From the NCBI RefSeq assembly GCF_009914755.1, contig NC_060925.1: a stretch of 64,000 bases of DNA, one strand, 5' to 3'. The DNA comes from the human T2T-CHM13v2.0 reference genome, Homo sapiens. The notes under the pieces were generated by a model. The model worked only from the letters and a program-made list of their open reading frames with translations, was not told the DNA's origin and searched no databases. The position numbers and the translations under genes are program-made. This document shows, piece by piece, positions 21,391-49,764 of this stretch; within the stretch, counting starts at the first letter, position 1, and every line of letters starts with the position of its first letter.

Positions 21391-21499
21391 CTGTAACCTG
21401 GCCAGTCTTGGGATGTCCAAGCTGCAGCCCCTGAAAGAGGGATGTGAGCTGGCAGAGGGCTACTCCATTTGGAGCCTCTCGTCTCCATGTTCTTTTCAT
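21391..21499 (-). other. Candidate distal first coding exon (probably ARHGEF2) with GC-type donor
   Basis: ATG with -3 A; encodes MKRTWRREAPNGVALCQLTSLFQGLQLGHPKTGQVT; ends CAG|GCAAGG in phase 1. Confidence 0.35.
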
Positions 21500-21825
21500 C
21501 CTCCTGGGCCTGGAGGCTCTGATTGCTGGGCTAAAGAAAGGTTAAACCAGTTGGGCAGGGGAGCCGGGGGAGCAGAATCTAAACTGGGAAACTCGGTAGC
21601 AGAAACAAAGCCGGTGTTTGTTGGGCTTCCCTCTTGCCTGGGAGGCTGTTCTCAGACCACGGCATTCCTGAGTTGGACAGAGTCAGCTCAGAGTGGCTTC
21701 TCCCCACTGCTGCAGCAGCAAAAGTCACTGCCTTTCCACAGGTCACGCTTAGAGCCCAACTCAAGGGATCCAGGTACTTCTTCCCTGCCAGAGCTCAAAG
21801 AACAGAAGCATTACAAGTAAATTCA

Positions 21826-23021
<1,196 letters not shown>

Positions 23022-23524
23022 AAAAAGCTAGTTCTTAACGAGAAAGGGCTAGAAGTCAGGCATGAGAGATAGCTTTTCAAGAACACTCAGGTGCCAGGCA
23101 CCGGTGTTCACCACTAGGTGACAGAGCGAGATTCCATCTCAAAAAAAAAAAAAAAAACCCACAAAAAAAACAAATACTGAGTCAATAAATCAGATGAGAT
23201 CTAAGGGGATGACAATAGCTGTTCCTCTGCAGACCATCTTTCCCCATCCTACATTCTCCAGCTGTGAAGAGGAGCTGCCTGGCAAGGAAGGTGTACGGCA
23301 ATAGGTGGTGACTGATGAGAACAACAATCAGAGGAAAATAAGGGATGGAAGCAAAAGATTCAAAAGGGCAGATATCTCCATGGGAACAGGACCCGCCCAC
23401 AACCCCTGCAGCAAGGCCAGAACCCAGCTCGCTTGCCCAGGGGTCTGGGCAAAGACTGAGTTCCAATAATCACCTGTGTTCACCCGGGGGCTAAGAAAAC
23501 AGACAAGTCAATGTGGCATTTGTT

Positions 23525-23530
23525 TTTATT
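23525..23530 (-). terminator. SSR2: SSR2 polyadenylation signal AATAAA
   Basis: tttatt on the plus strand, about 470 nt past the stop codon, followed by a GU/U-rich tract on the minus strand. Confidence 0.8.
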
Positions 23531-23938
23531 AGAAAACCCCTTAGTAAGCACTTCTCTAACCCAGAATAGACACTGGGTATCCTCCAAGAGTCCCATAGCT
23601 TTCATTTCATCTTCCACCCTCTTCTGAGAGGGGGAGGCAGGGGATAGGGGTGGTGTCAGGCAGTCTCCAAAATGCCCCTCCTAGACCCCTGAGAGAATTC
23701 ACGTTGCCAGCAATAAACCAACAGCACCTCAGTGGGGCATCAGAGGGCCCTCTAGGCTCAAGGCTATTGCCAAAGGCATTCCTGTTTATGGCTTCACGAT
23801 GGAACCAAGGAGGCTCTCGCAGACTCCTAGGGCTGGTCCTTCACTATGGCTGAGAGCAGGGCAGGATCCAGGAGAAAGTGGCCAAGGGCTAAGAGAGAAG
23901 AGATTGCATTTAAGATACCCTTTGGAGTCTGGAAAGCA

Positions 23939-23982
23939 CCTGGATTTCTTGGGAGAGGAGCCTGGATTTCTTGGGAGAGGAG
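23939..23982. repeat. 22-bp perfect tandem duplication in the SSR2 3'UTR
   Basis: CCTGGATTTCTTGGGAGAGGAG repeated twice. Confidence 0.95.
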
Positions 23983-23999
23983 GGCTGTGGAAGCCCCAA

Positions 24000-34654
<10,655 letters not shown>

Positions 34655-34869
34655 TTATCAAACCAAGTACGTCAAATTCACCAAAATCCTCTTGACAGCG
34701 CTCCCGTAGAAAGCTCCTTCGATGCTACCAGAACAGCAGCCCCTTCCACAGAGTAGTCCATAAGCCACCAGAGCAGACCCGTTCTCCAGACTCTCCTACC
34801 ATCTTCACCCTGCAGCCCTCGAAAAACCGGTACAAGCACCAATATATCTACTGCCCTCTTCCTGTCAGA

Positions 34870-35560
34870 AGCCCCGGGATGCCCACCGGCTGGTGGAGTC
34901 TTCTGAGGGGACACCATGTGGCCAGAGCAGGGCTTCCTTGGGGTGCCTGATTTCGGCCGATCTCGGACCTGCAGGAGCCTGTAGCTTTCCCTCACACAGG
35001 AGTGCCCACAGCCTTCCCGCTGCTCCCCTCCTCCTTGGCCACAGCTCTATTGGGATCCCACCGCGGACTCGCGGGGTCCTCCTCACATCCCTGTACCCCA
35101 CTCTCCAGTCCAGCCCCTGAGATCCCATTCGTCCTCGCCTGTCACATCCCTTTCTTGGTCCCACGGGCGGGGGGGCGGGGGTCAATCACCTCTGCCCCCC
35201 GCCTCCCGCCTCTTGCAAGGTTACACGTCCTCCAGCCACCGCGTCCTCTGCCCTTCCCGCCCTCCCCTAGCTAACCCCCAGCCACGGGGTGATGCGCGGA
35301 CACGAGGCTCTCGCCTCTCCCGTTCGGACGCCCTAAGCCTCCGGACTTACCGTTGGCATCCCAAACGCCTTTCCGGAGCCACAAAGACAGGAAGAGAGCG
35401 TCAGCATCCGAAAGACCGGAAATAAGCACTGGCCGGAAACCGTGGTGTTCCGCCCAATGCCTTGTGGGAGTTGTAGTTCTTGGAGAAGCCCCACCTTTCC
35501 CTTTGTAGTGCCCGCCTGCCTGAGAGGCTGTGAGCGCTCCTAAGAGGTTTGTGCGTTCTC
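34870..35560 (-). promoter_or_regulatory. SSR2: SSR2 CpG-island promoter with ETS (CCGGAA) sites, CCAAT box and ZNF143/THAP11 motif
   Basis: High CpG density; CCGGAA twice around 35416-35438; CCAAT at 35454-35458; ACTACAACTCCCA on the minus strand at 35477-35465. Confidence 0.85.
35351..35420 (-). other. SSR2: SSR2 exon 1 (5'UTR; 5' end approximate)
   Basis: Donor ACG|GTAAGT at 35351/35350 within the CpG island; pyrimidine tract CTCTCTTCC. Confidence 0.85.
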
Positions 35561-35916
35561 CAGGCTTCTTATTCGGCCCTCTTTGGGGGGCTTTTCAAGC
35601 TGATTTTTCACTACTGTATGTGACCCGCACCTCATTAGGTGCTTTGGGAAACTAGCAAACCTAGAAATTTGGATCATCTATCTAAAATGTCAACTAGTAC
35701 TGTCGAACAGAGAATTAGAGAAAAGCTATTCCAACCAGTATTTTTTCTATTCTCAGACAAGACACATAGACATTCCCTACATCCAGCAGGTCACCGAGCC
35801 CTGAGCTTTATTTAGAAGCCCTTTGAAGTGCCAAAAAAGTAGATCTTTTTTTCTCCATTCCTACTATAACTGCTTCAGTTCTTGCTGGTTTCTGGATGTG
35901 GGTTTTACTCTAGTAG

Positions 35917-36279
<363 letters not shown>

Positions 36280-36319
36280 TAATCAGCTGCCAAACTTCCC
36301 AAAACAGCATTTTGAACAG

Positions 36320-36560
36320 TAGATCTTAGGTTCAGAGGATGAACTGTGAAGTTAGGCAGTCATGAATTCAATCCCAGTTCTGTCACTTACTGGTTAGGTA
36401 ACCTTGAACAAGCATTACTTATATAACACCTTGGTTCCCACATCTGTAAAACAAGATAATTATAGCACTCACAAAAGGTTAGAGTATCAAATAAGATGAT
36501 GTATGTAAAACTCTTAGTACAGTGCCTGGCACATGTATGTGCTCAGTAAATGGTAATTAT
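36320..36560 (+). mobile_element. MIR SINE
   Basis: TTCAATCCCAGTTCTGTCACTTACT...CATCTGTAAAA...ACAGTGCCTGGCACAT core. Confidence 0.7.
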
Positions 36561-37109
36561 CAGTATTGCTGTTATTCTATACCTCCCTTGTAGCATTCCT
36601 GCATTCAATATGCGTTTACTGAGCACCTACTTTGTTCCTGGTGCTGCTGTAGGTTCTGGAGATACAGTGATAAATAGGACAGATATGGTTTCTACTTTCT
36701 GGGGGTTACATTCTTGTAGAATAATACACATTGCCTGTATCTGCCTTAGTATCTGTCCTTCCATTCTCCACCTCCAAGATTGCAGCTTCTTGAGAAAAGG
36801 TTGTCCATTTCCCGTTGCTTAGTGTCTTGCCTGAGCACACAGGAAGTAGTCCAGGAATTAATAATGACTTCTCTACATACAACCTCCAATCTGCTCTGAC
36901 TTCAGGCCTTGGTGTGTGGCTTCCCTGAAATGTCCTACTGCCTCTCTTTCTTATCCAAATCCAGCCAATCCTTCAGGACCCTGTTCTGGTCTTGTCCTCT
37001 CTGGGAAGCCCTCCTTGGCTTTGAGCTCTTTTACACACAACAGTTTATTTGTTTTCCTTTAATTGTTTCTGGCTTGAAAAATGTACCTTAGGCCAGGCAC
37101 AGTGGCTCA

Positions 37110-37393
<284 letters not shown>

Positions 37394-37400
37394 TTAATGA

Positions 37401-37697
<297 letters not shown>

Positions 37698-38446
37698 TGA
37701 CCTTGTGGTCCGCCCGTCTCAGCCTCCCAAAGTGCTGGGATTACAGATGTGAGCCACCACACCCAGCCAATTGGAGAAATTTTTATTCCTTCCTTCCTTC
37801 CTTTTTCTTTCTTTCCTTTTTTTTTCTTTTTAGGCAGAGTCTCACCCTTTGCCCAGGCTGAGTGCAGTGGCACAAACATGGCTCACTGCATCCTTAACCT
37901 CCTGGGCCAGCTGATCCTCTTACTTCAGCCTCCCGATTAGCTGGGACCACAGGTGTGCCCTACCATGCCTGGGTAATTTTTTTTTTTTTTACTTTAGGGA
38001 CGGAGTTTCGCCATGTTGCTCAGGCTGGTCTCTAACTCCTGGGCTCAAGTGATCCACTCGTCTCTGCCTCCCAAAGTGTTGGGATTATAGGCATGGCCCA
38101 CCTTGTTTGCTCAAATATTGCTTTCTATAGCCATTTCTTCAGGACCGGAAAGATGGACAGTGTGGGTGTTCTTGTTTCTCAGACTCTGCTGCACCTGAAA
38201 GCAATGTATCTTTAGCACACACTCTTTGGACACCTTACTATGTAGCCACTTCTAGGTCCAGAAGAGAAATGTCTTCATCTTTGGGTTGCCCACTTATACA
38301 CTGACCCTTTTCCTGCCTCTATCCCATCCGAGTCACTTGTTCTTTCATTAGTACATTTAGCATTCATTTTTTGAGCACCTGTTATGTGTCAAGCACTGTG
38401 ATAGTGACTATAAGAGATACAAAATAGGGCCAGGCACGGTGGCTCA

Positions 38447-38761
<315 letters not shown>

Positions 38762-40002
38762 CTATAGTCCTAACCATAATGAAAAGACAAATGAGGTGTC
38801 AAGCACTCCTCAAAAAAACAAAAACAAAAACAGTCAGGCAAGGTGGTTCACACCTGCAATCCCAGCACCTTGGAAGGAAGGACTGCTTAAAGCCAGGAGT
38901 TCGAGACCAACCTTGGCAACAAAGCGATACCTGTCTCTACAAAAAAAATTTTTAAGCAGCCAGGTATGGTGCCATGTTCCTGTAACCCCAGCTTACTCAG
39001 AAGGCTGAGGTGGAAGCATCGCTTGAGCCCAGGAGTTCGAGGCTGCAGGGAGCTATGATTGCACCACTACTCTCCAGCCTGGTGACAAAGCAACAACCTG
39101 TCTGGAAACAAAACACATGGGCCGGGTGCGGTGGCTCATGCCTGTGATCCCAGCACTTTGGGAGGCTGAGGCAGGCAGATTACCTGAGGTCAGGAGTTCA
39201 AAACCAGCCCTGCCAACATGGCTAAACCTGTCACCACAGCTGGCTAATTTTTGTATTTTTGGTGGATACGGGGTTTGGCCATGTTGGCCAGACTGGTCTC
39301 CAACTCCTGACCTCAAGCGATCCACCTACCTCGGCCTCCCAAAGTGTTGGGATTGCAGGCATGAGCCACTATGCCCCGCCTCATTTTTTAACTCATTTCA
39401 GTTTAAGTTTGAATAGCTACATGTGACTAGTATATGGAACAGCACAGCTCTAGTGTACTCTGACACATGTCTGGACTTTGGCTTTTGAAATGCAAAAGCC
39501 CAGCATTTTGCTACTCAGAAAGCATTTTCTCTGCTTTTTCTCTGAAACAATTCTTCCTCCATCATTGGGAAAGCTCGGGTCTGAGGCACAGGATGTGGGA
39601 CAGCTCCCAGTGAGTCCCCAAAAAACCTCCAAATCTTGACTGACCCCATTGAATGTCTGAACCCAGGGAAGATACCTTCCTGAGGTAGATGCTTCTAGGT
39701 ATGCAAAGCACACGGTATACCCCTTCCTCCTACACACATGAAGGATGTCCGTGTCCTCTCAGCCCCTTCACCCTCTTGTTCCCTCTCAGCCTCACAGCCA
39801 GTAATGAGGAGCCATTTTAGCATAAGGGCATATCATCCTGAGAGGCAGTCTCTCAGGATGAGAGCGACAGCATGACTTGTTGGTTTGGTTGTAGATATCA
39901 TACTCTGAAGATGGAATGGCGACGTCAGTGAGGAGGCCAGAAACAGGGGTCTCCTCGACCTCACCCAAGAGGCAGCAGCAGGAAGAAGTAGGGCTCCAAC
40001 TA

Positions 40003-40290
<288 letters not shown>

Positions 40291-40967
40291 CTATCTTAAA
40301 AAAAAAAAAAAAAAAAGCGGCAAAGTAGATAAGAACAAGGCAAGGGTCCTTTGTGAAAAGGGACTTCCGGGTATCTGCTCCAGGCTGGCTCTGGAAGACA
40401 ACTTTGGGAGAAAAGGCATGCATGCACATCCTACCTCCCGGACCAGGAGTCTATGTGTGTTACCAACCAGCTACCAAGGGGTCTCTTTTCTTTTCCACAA
40501 TGAGCTGTGTGCACTCAGTCTCCTGCCAGACACTAGGGGACGCTGGCAGTGTCGGCGAGCCTCTGCGCTGTGGTCCTGCTCTGCCACTGCATCCACCACG
40601 CTGTAGTCAGACAACTTGTCCCAGCTCTTTCCCCTCCCTGGACTGTGAGTACCTACAGGGCAGGGACACACCTCGTGTTTGTGGAATGGCTTCCCCATAA
40701 GTAGTCACTGAGCATAACTGAGCCACGCAGGGAGAAGAAAATCACTGCTGCTGACCCTGCAATGGTCAGGCTTGGCTGGAAAAGGACACCAGATTCCAGA
40801 GCCAAGAACAGTGCCCCACGCACAATTATTTATTTTGAAACACTTCAAACCTACAGAAACTTGAAAAAATGGTTGAATTAACACCTGTATACCTTTCATC
40901 TGGATTTATCAGTCACTAACATTTTGCCCATCTGCTGTCACTCTATATGTAAATTAATATATGTATA

Positions 40968-41298
40968 CACTGTCTTGTGCCACATAATGATGTTTTGGTC
41001 AACAATGGACTGTATATATAATGGTGGTCACATAGATTATGATACTGTATTTTCACTGTACCTTTTCTATGTTTAGATACACAAATATCATATGTTACAA
41101 TTGCCTACAGTATTCAGTACAGTAATGTGCTGTATAGGTTTGTGCCCTAGGAACAATAGGCTGTACCATACTACTGCCAAGGTGTATAATAGGCCATGCC
41201 ATCTAGGTTTGTAAGTACACTCTATGATGTTCACACAACGACATCACCTAACACCATATTTCTCAGAATGTATCCCGTGGTTAAGTGATGCATAACTG
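40968..41298 (+). mobile_element. Tigger3a/MER7-like DNA transposon
   Basis: TGTACCTTTTCTATGTTTAGATACACAAATA..TTACAATTGCCTACAGTATTCAGTACAGTAA core. Confidence 0.75.
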
Positions 41299-41306
41299 TA
41301 TATGTA

Positions 41307-43606
<2,300 letters not shown>

Positions 43607-44247
43607 TAGAGACAGGGGTTTCACCATGTTGACCAGGCTGGTCTGGAACTCCTGACCTCAGGTGATCTGCCCACCTAAGCCTCCCAAAGTGCTGAGATGA
43701 CAGGCATGAGCCACCATGCCTAGCTTCTTTATGACTTTCAAAAGAAAACTAGAATCCAACCAAGAATCGCATATTACAGCATTGTATTTGACCAATAAAG
43801 TTTAGACTAAACCAAATGAGCTTCTCCCCTAGAGAGAGCATGGAGAAAAAGGAGAAATGCATGGTAGATAGAAGAACTTTGGCTACTGAGAGGATGAGTA
43901 GAAAGAGGAGCGGAGAAGGCTCAGAAAGAGCTCAAGCTCCTGAAACAGACTCTGAAGGGTCCTTTCTAAGTCCTGGGATCACTTGAAAATCTTGGACAGA
44001 CCTGGCCACCCCAAGTTGAAAGTGGATGGAGGACTATTTTCTGCTTCTTGCCAAATTTCTCCCCAACACATGCAAATTCCAAGGTGGATTCTGGAATCTA
44101 TACCTGCTGTCTTGATGTCTTTTGAGGTTTCATCCCATTTTCAGAATTTGACCACCGTCTCCTCTTCTCCCTTTCTATTAGCCCAGGTGGGAGCTGGGGG
44201 AGGGGTTGAGCAGGCCCAGCCTCCTCTTGCTGAAGAGTGACGAAGGA

Positions 44248-44340
44248 GTGTGTGTGTGTGTGTGTATGTGTGTGCAAGTGCGTGTGCGTGTGCATCTGTG
44301 TGTGTGCATGCATGTGTGTGTGCATGCATGTGCACATGTG
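44248..44340. repeat. (TG)n/(TGCA)n alternating purine-pyrimidine tract
   Basis: Visible directly in the sequence. Confidence 0.9.
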
Positions 44341-44507
44341 GCCTCTCACATCCTTCAGAGGAGCCCTCCTTGAACCCATGGGCCCAGGACCCTACCCTCC
44401 TGTTGCTATGACAACCACTTCCGTGAGGACTCCGGGAGTAAAGAATTGTGAATGTGTGGTGAGGGAGGGAGGGGGACATGCCAGTCTCATGGCATTAGTG
44501 ATCATAG

Positions 44508-44621
<114 letters not shown>

Positions 44622-45475
44622 TGAGACCATCCTGGCTAACACGGTGAAACCCCGTCTCTACTAAAAATACAAAAAATTAGCCGGGCGTGGTGGCGGGTGC
44701 CTATAGTCCCAGCAACTCAGGAGGCTGAGGCAGGAGAATGGCATGAACCTGGGAGGCGGAGCTTGCAGAGAGCCGAGATAGTGCCACTGCACTCTAGCCT
44801 GGGCGAGAGCAAGACTCCGTCTCAAAAAAAGAAAAAAAAAAAAAGAAAGAGAATGGGCCTTTATCGACTCTCAAAGCCGGCAGGGTATGGGACACAGCCA
44901 GGAGCAAGGGCAGGGTGATTCCTGAAGTTCTGCTTGGTGTTTATTTATTTTACAGTGTCACTCTCAGGATATGGGCTGCTCCATTCTTTTTTTTTTTTTT
45001 TTTTTTTGAGACAGAGTCTCATGCTGTCACCCAGGCTGGAGTGCAGTGGCGTGATCTTGGTTCACTGCAACTTCCACCTCCTGGGTTTGATTGATTCTAA
45101 CTCCTCCTGAGTAGCTAAGATTACAGGCGCACACCACCACACCCAGCTATGGGCTGTTCCACTCTTAATTGGACTCTCCACCTCTCCCTTAGGAGATCAA
45201 AGAAGCTTGGGGGGCTTCAGGGGAAGAAAATCCCTCCTTTAACAAATTTGCTGTATCCTTGACATCCATCAACAGCTTCATTGATGACTTGGGCTACCAA
45301 GGGAGTCAGGAGCTGACCAGTGTAAGTGCCCCACCCTGCATCCCTCCCACCCCTCAGGTCTTGCACCCCTGTTCTACCATCATTTGAGCACTTTAGCTCA
45401 CTAAGAAATACTGTGGCAACCTCCCGTGCATTCTCTACATGCTTTTGATTCGTATCTTTACTAAAACATGGCTCA

Positions 45476-45712
<237 letters not shown>

Positions 45713-45984
45713 TCATAGCTAACATTTATTGAGTACTTACCACATGGTATTTTGTAAGAATTTACATCTCATTTAACTATCATAACAATCCTATAAGGCA
45801 GGTGCTACTATTTTCCCCATTTTTCAGATGAACAAACTCAGGCACAGGCAGGTTGAATAACTCTCCCAAGACCGCATAAGTAGAAAGCAAAGATGCTAGA
45901 GTTTGAGCTCAGTTTGGCTCAAGAGTTCACACACAAAAGAACCACCTCCCAGTTAGCCACTCGATTCTTATTAGTCCTTCCTAA

Positions 45985-46249
<265 letters not shown>

Positions 46250-46585
46250 TAGCCAGGATGGAGGAACTTCTTAATTGTCTGTTTGAGGGAGGGTTTAAAT
46301 GCTAGCTGTTTTTTGCTTTTGAGCTCTGACACACAATAAACTGTACATATTTAAAGTGTACAATTTGATAAGTTTTGACATATATATATATACTCATGAA
46401 ATCATCACCACAATGAAGATAATAAACGTATCCATCAAATATGAACAAGCAGGATTGTTCAAATATGAACAAGCAGGATTTCTAGAGCAGATAAATTAAT
46501 GGGTGATTATTTGCCTTCCAAAATGAGTTTTTTTTTTGAGCTGGAGTCTTGCTCTGCCGCCCAGCGACTCTCCTGCCTCAGTCTA

Positions 46586-46969
<384 letters not shown>

Positions 46970-47236
46970 TCAGAAAAAAAAAAAAAAAAAGAATGAACGT
47001 TTAATGCATTCAGGATATGCCTGTGTATCCTTTGCAGATACTGCTTTGTAGCTTGTCTTTAGTATTTTAAGTGAACGTGTCTTCCGGGCCAGGACAGTGT
47101 TTTTTAACCTCTGCTGTCTGCTCAGTTCTCACAGAGAGATGGGCGCTTGGTTTAGGTTTGCTCTGTGATCTCCATGCTTCTCTGCGGCACTTCGCCTCTC
47201 CGCCAACGACAGAGGCGAAGTCCCATATGTAACAGG

Positions 47237-47786
47237 ATGGGTCGGTGGAGAGCATGCTTCATTCCTTGCTCTTGGATTCCCCCAAGGAAGAAGATCCCAG
47301 CCTTGTTCAGACGAAGAGGCGGAAGCAGAACAAGGTTTGCATTCTCCAGATGAGGAAAAATGAGGTGAAAGAGGAAGACAAGGAGGACAAGGAGGATGAG
47401 GAAGAGGAGGAGGACCAGAGAGAGGGGCCCCCTACCTCTTTGCAATCACCTAGGACAGGACAGAGGCAATGCCCGTACTCAAGAATCCGCCAAGTGAGGC
47501 ACAAGGAGCACCTGAGCATCTTGGAAAGTGGCTTGAGCTTATCCACCAATGAAACCAAGTTGTCTGTCCATGTTTTTGCCAATACTTATGTAGCTGCTGC
47601 CACAGGAAGCAGAAGTCAGTGGAGGAAAACAAGGCATCCGACTCTGGAGCAAGGAGGAGCCCGGGTGAGACTGACTCAGCTGTGAGCTTCACTAATGGGT
47701 GATGGTCCAGATCTCCACGGGGCTCCAAGGAAAGCTCTGGGCAGAAGCCAGAAGAGCAGAGTGTAATCCTTCCGCTTAGAAATAAA
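47237..47786 (+). pseudogene. Candidate decayed intronless gene (acidic, Cys-cluster protein), unitary-pseudogene-like
   Basis: Strong Kozak ATG (AGGATGG), protein-like segments across frameshifts and two in-frame stops, then AATAAA at 47781 with a U/GU-rich downstream element. No poly(A) tail. Confidence 0.45.
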
Positions 47787-48197
47787 GCACATTTTATTTT
47801 TGTGAATGGCATGTGTGAGCCTGATGATTCCAGGTTTTTTTTGTTTTGTTTTGTTTTGTTTTTTTGCTAGATGTATTCAATCCCTGCCCCACTTTATCTC
47901 TCTGAACATCCCGTTTGCTTGCTCCTTCCTTCCTTGCTTGACCCCAGGAGTTTGAGACCAGTCTGGGCAACATGGTGAAATCCCATCTCTACAAAAAAAT
48001 ATAAAAATTAGCTGGGCATGGGCTGGGCGCGACGGCTCACGCCTGTGATCCCAGCACTTTGGGAGGCCGAGGCTGTCAGATCACCTGAGGTCAGAAGTTC
48101 GAGACCAGCCTGGCCAACATGGTGAAACCCCATCTCTACTAAAAACACAAAAAATTACCTGGGTGTCATGGCGGGCACCTGCAATCCCAGCTACTCA

Positions 48198-48365
<168 letters not shown>

Positions 48366-49282
48366 TCAGCAACCTTTTCCTAACTGGCCTCCAGGTCAAA
48401 GGCAGCCAGTCTTTAGAGTTTCTTTCCCCTCTGGGTTCCAGTCAGTCTTACTCACTCTTTGATGCTTTTTCCATTTTTTATGTATTTTTCCCAGATTTTA
48501 AAATTTCTAGTGAGAGTATCGGTCTCAGGCATCTAGTATACCATTATCAAAGTGGAACCTCCCACTCTTGGCTTATTCATGTTCCACAGAACCGTAGTCC
48601 ATAACTTCAATGTACAAAAGATAAAACCCCATAGGTGTGAAAAGACTTCCTCAAACTTACATGATTAGTGGTAATGCCAGGTTTAGTCTGAGCTCAAGAT
48701 TAATAACTACCAAACTTCACTGGCATAAAACCTGACTGCAAGAGTTTTTGTTTTACTTTTTTTTTTTTTTTTTTGAGACGGAGTCTTGCTCTGTCGCCCC
48801 CAGGCTAGAGTGCGTGGCACAATCTAGGCTCACTGCAACCTCTGCCTCCCTGGTACCAGCGATTCTCCTGCCTCAGCCTCCTGAGTAGCTGGGATTACAG
48901 GCACCTGCCACCGTGCCTGGCTAATTTTTGTATTTTTAGTAGAGACAGGGTTTCACCATCTTGGCCAGGCTGGTCTTGAACTCCTGACCTCGTGATCCAC
49001 CCACCTCAGCCTCCCAAAGTGCTGGGATTATAGGCGTGAGCCACTGTGCCCAGCCTTGTTTTACTTTTTAACCTAAGGTAAGGGGAGGGCAATCTTGCCA
49101 AAAGATCAGAGGATGGAGGCAATAATCTTACAATTCAGTTTCCTCTACCACACCTGACCTATGGGGAAGTAGGGGAAGAGATCTCAGATACCCAATGGTC
49201 TGATGGGGAATGGAAGAATGCAGTCCTCCCCATTCCCAAGTCATATATTACTGATACTTCCATCATCAGTTATCCCTTAACC

Positions 49283-49285
<3 letters not shown>

Positions 49286-49337
<52 letters not shown>
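49286..49337. repeat. (TA)n microsatellite, ~26 units
   Basis: Visible directly in the sequence. Confidence 0.95.
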
Positions 49338-49620
<283 letters not shown>

Positions 49621-49764
49621 TGATCTCAGCCACTTTTAATATTTCTTAACATCTGTAGTAACTGAACCAAACTTCAAATTCCTCTAGATCACAACTCTTG
49701 CCCTGGAAAACCAAGAAGTTGTTTTCAGCCAGCTTCTTCCTCAAAAAAACAAACGCCAACACAC

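Noticed and set aside
21239-21820. 193-aa plus-strand ORF
   Set aside because: No domain or coding-like composition; it lies antisense to the candidate minus-strand exon.
46435-46480. 24-bp-period duplication TCAAATATGAACAAGCAGGATT
   Set aside because: Real, but an ordinary slippage event beside an old repeat fragment.
47245-47685. 146-aa ORF taken as an intact gene
   Set aside because: It starts at a non-ATG codon and only its acidic middle looks coding; it is better explained as one frame of a frameshifted relic.
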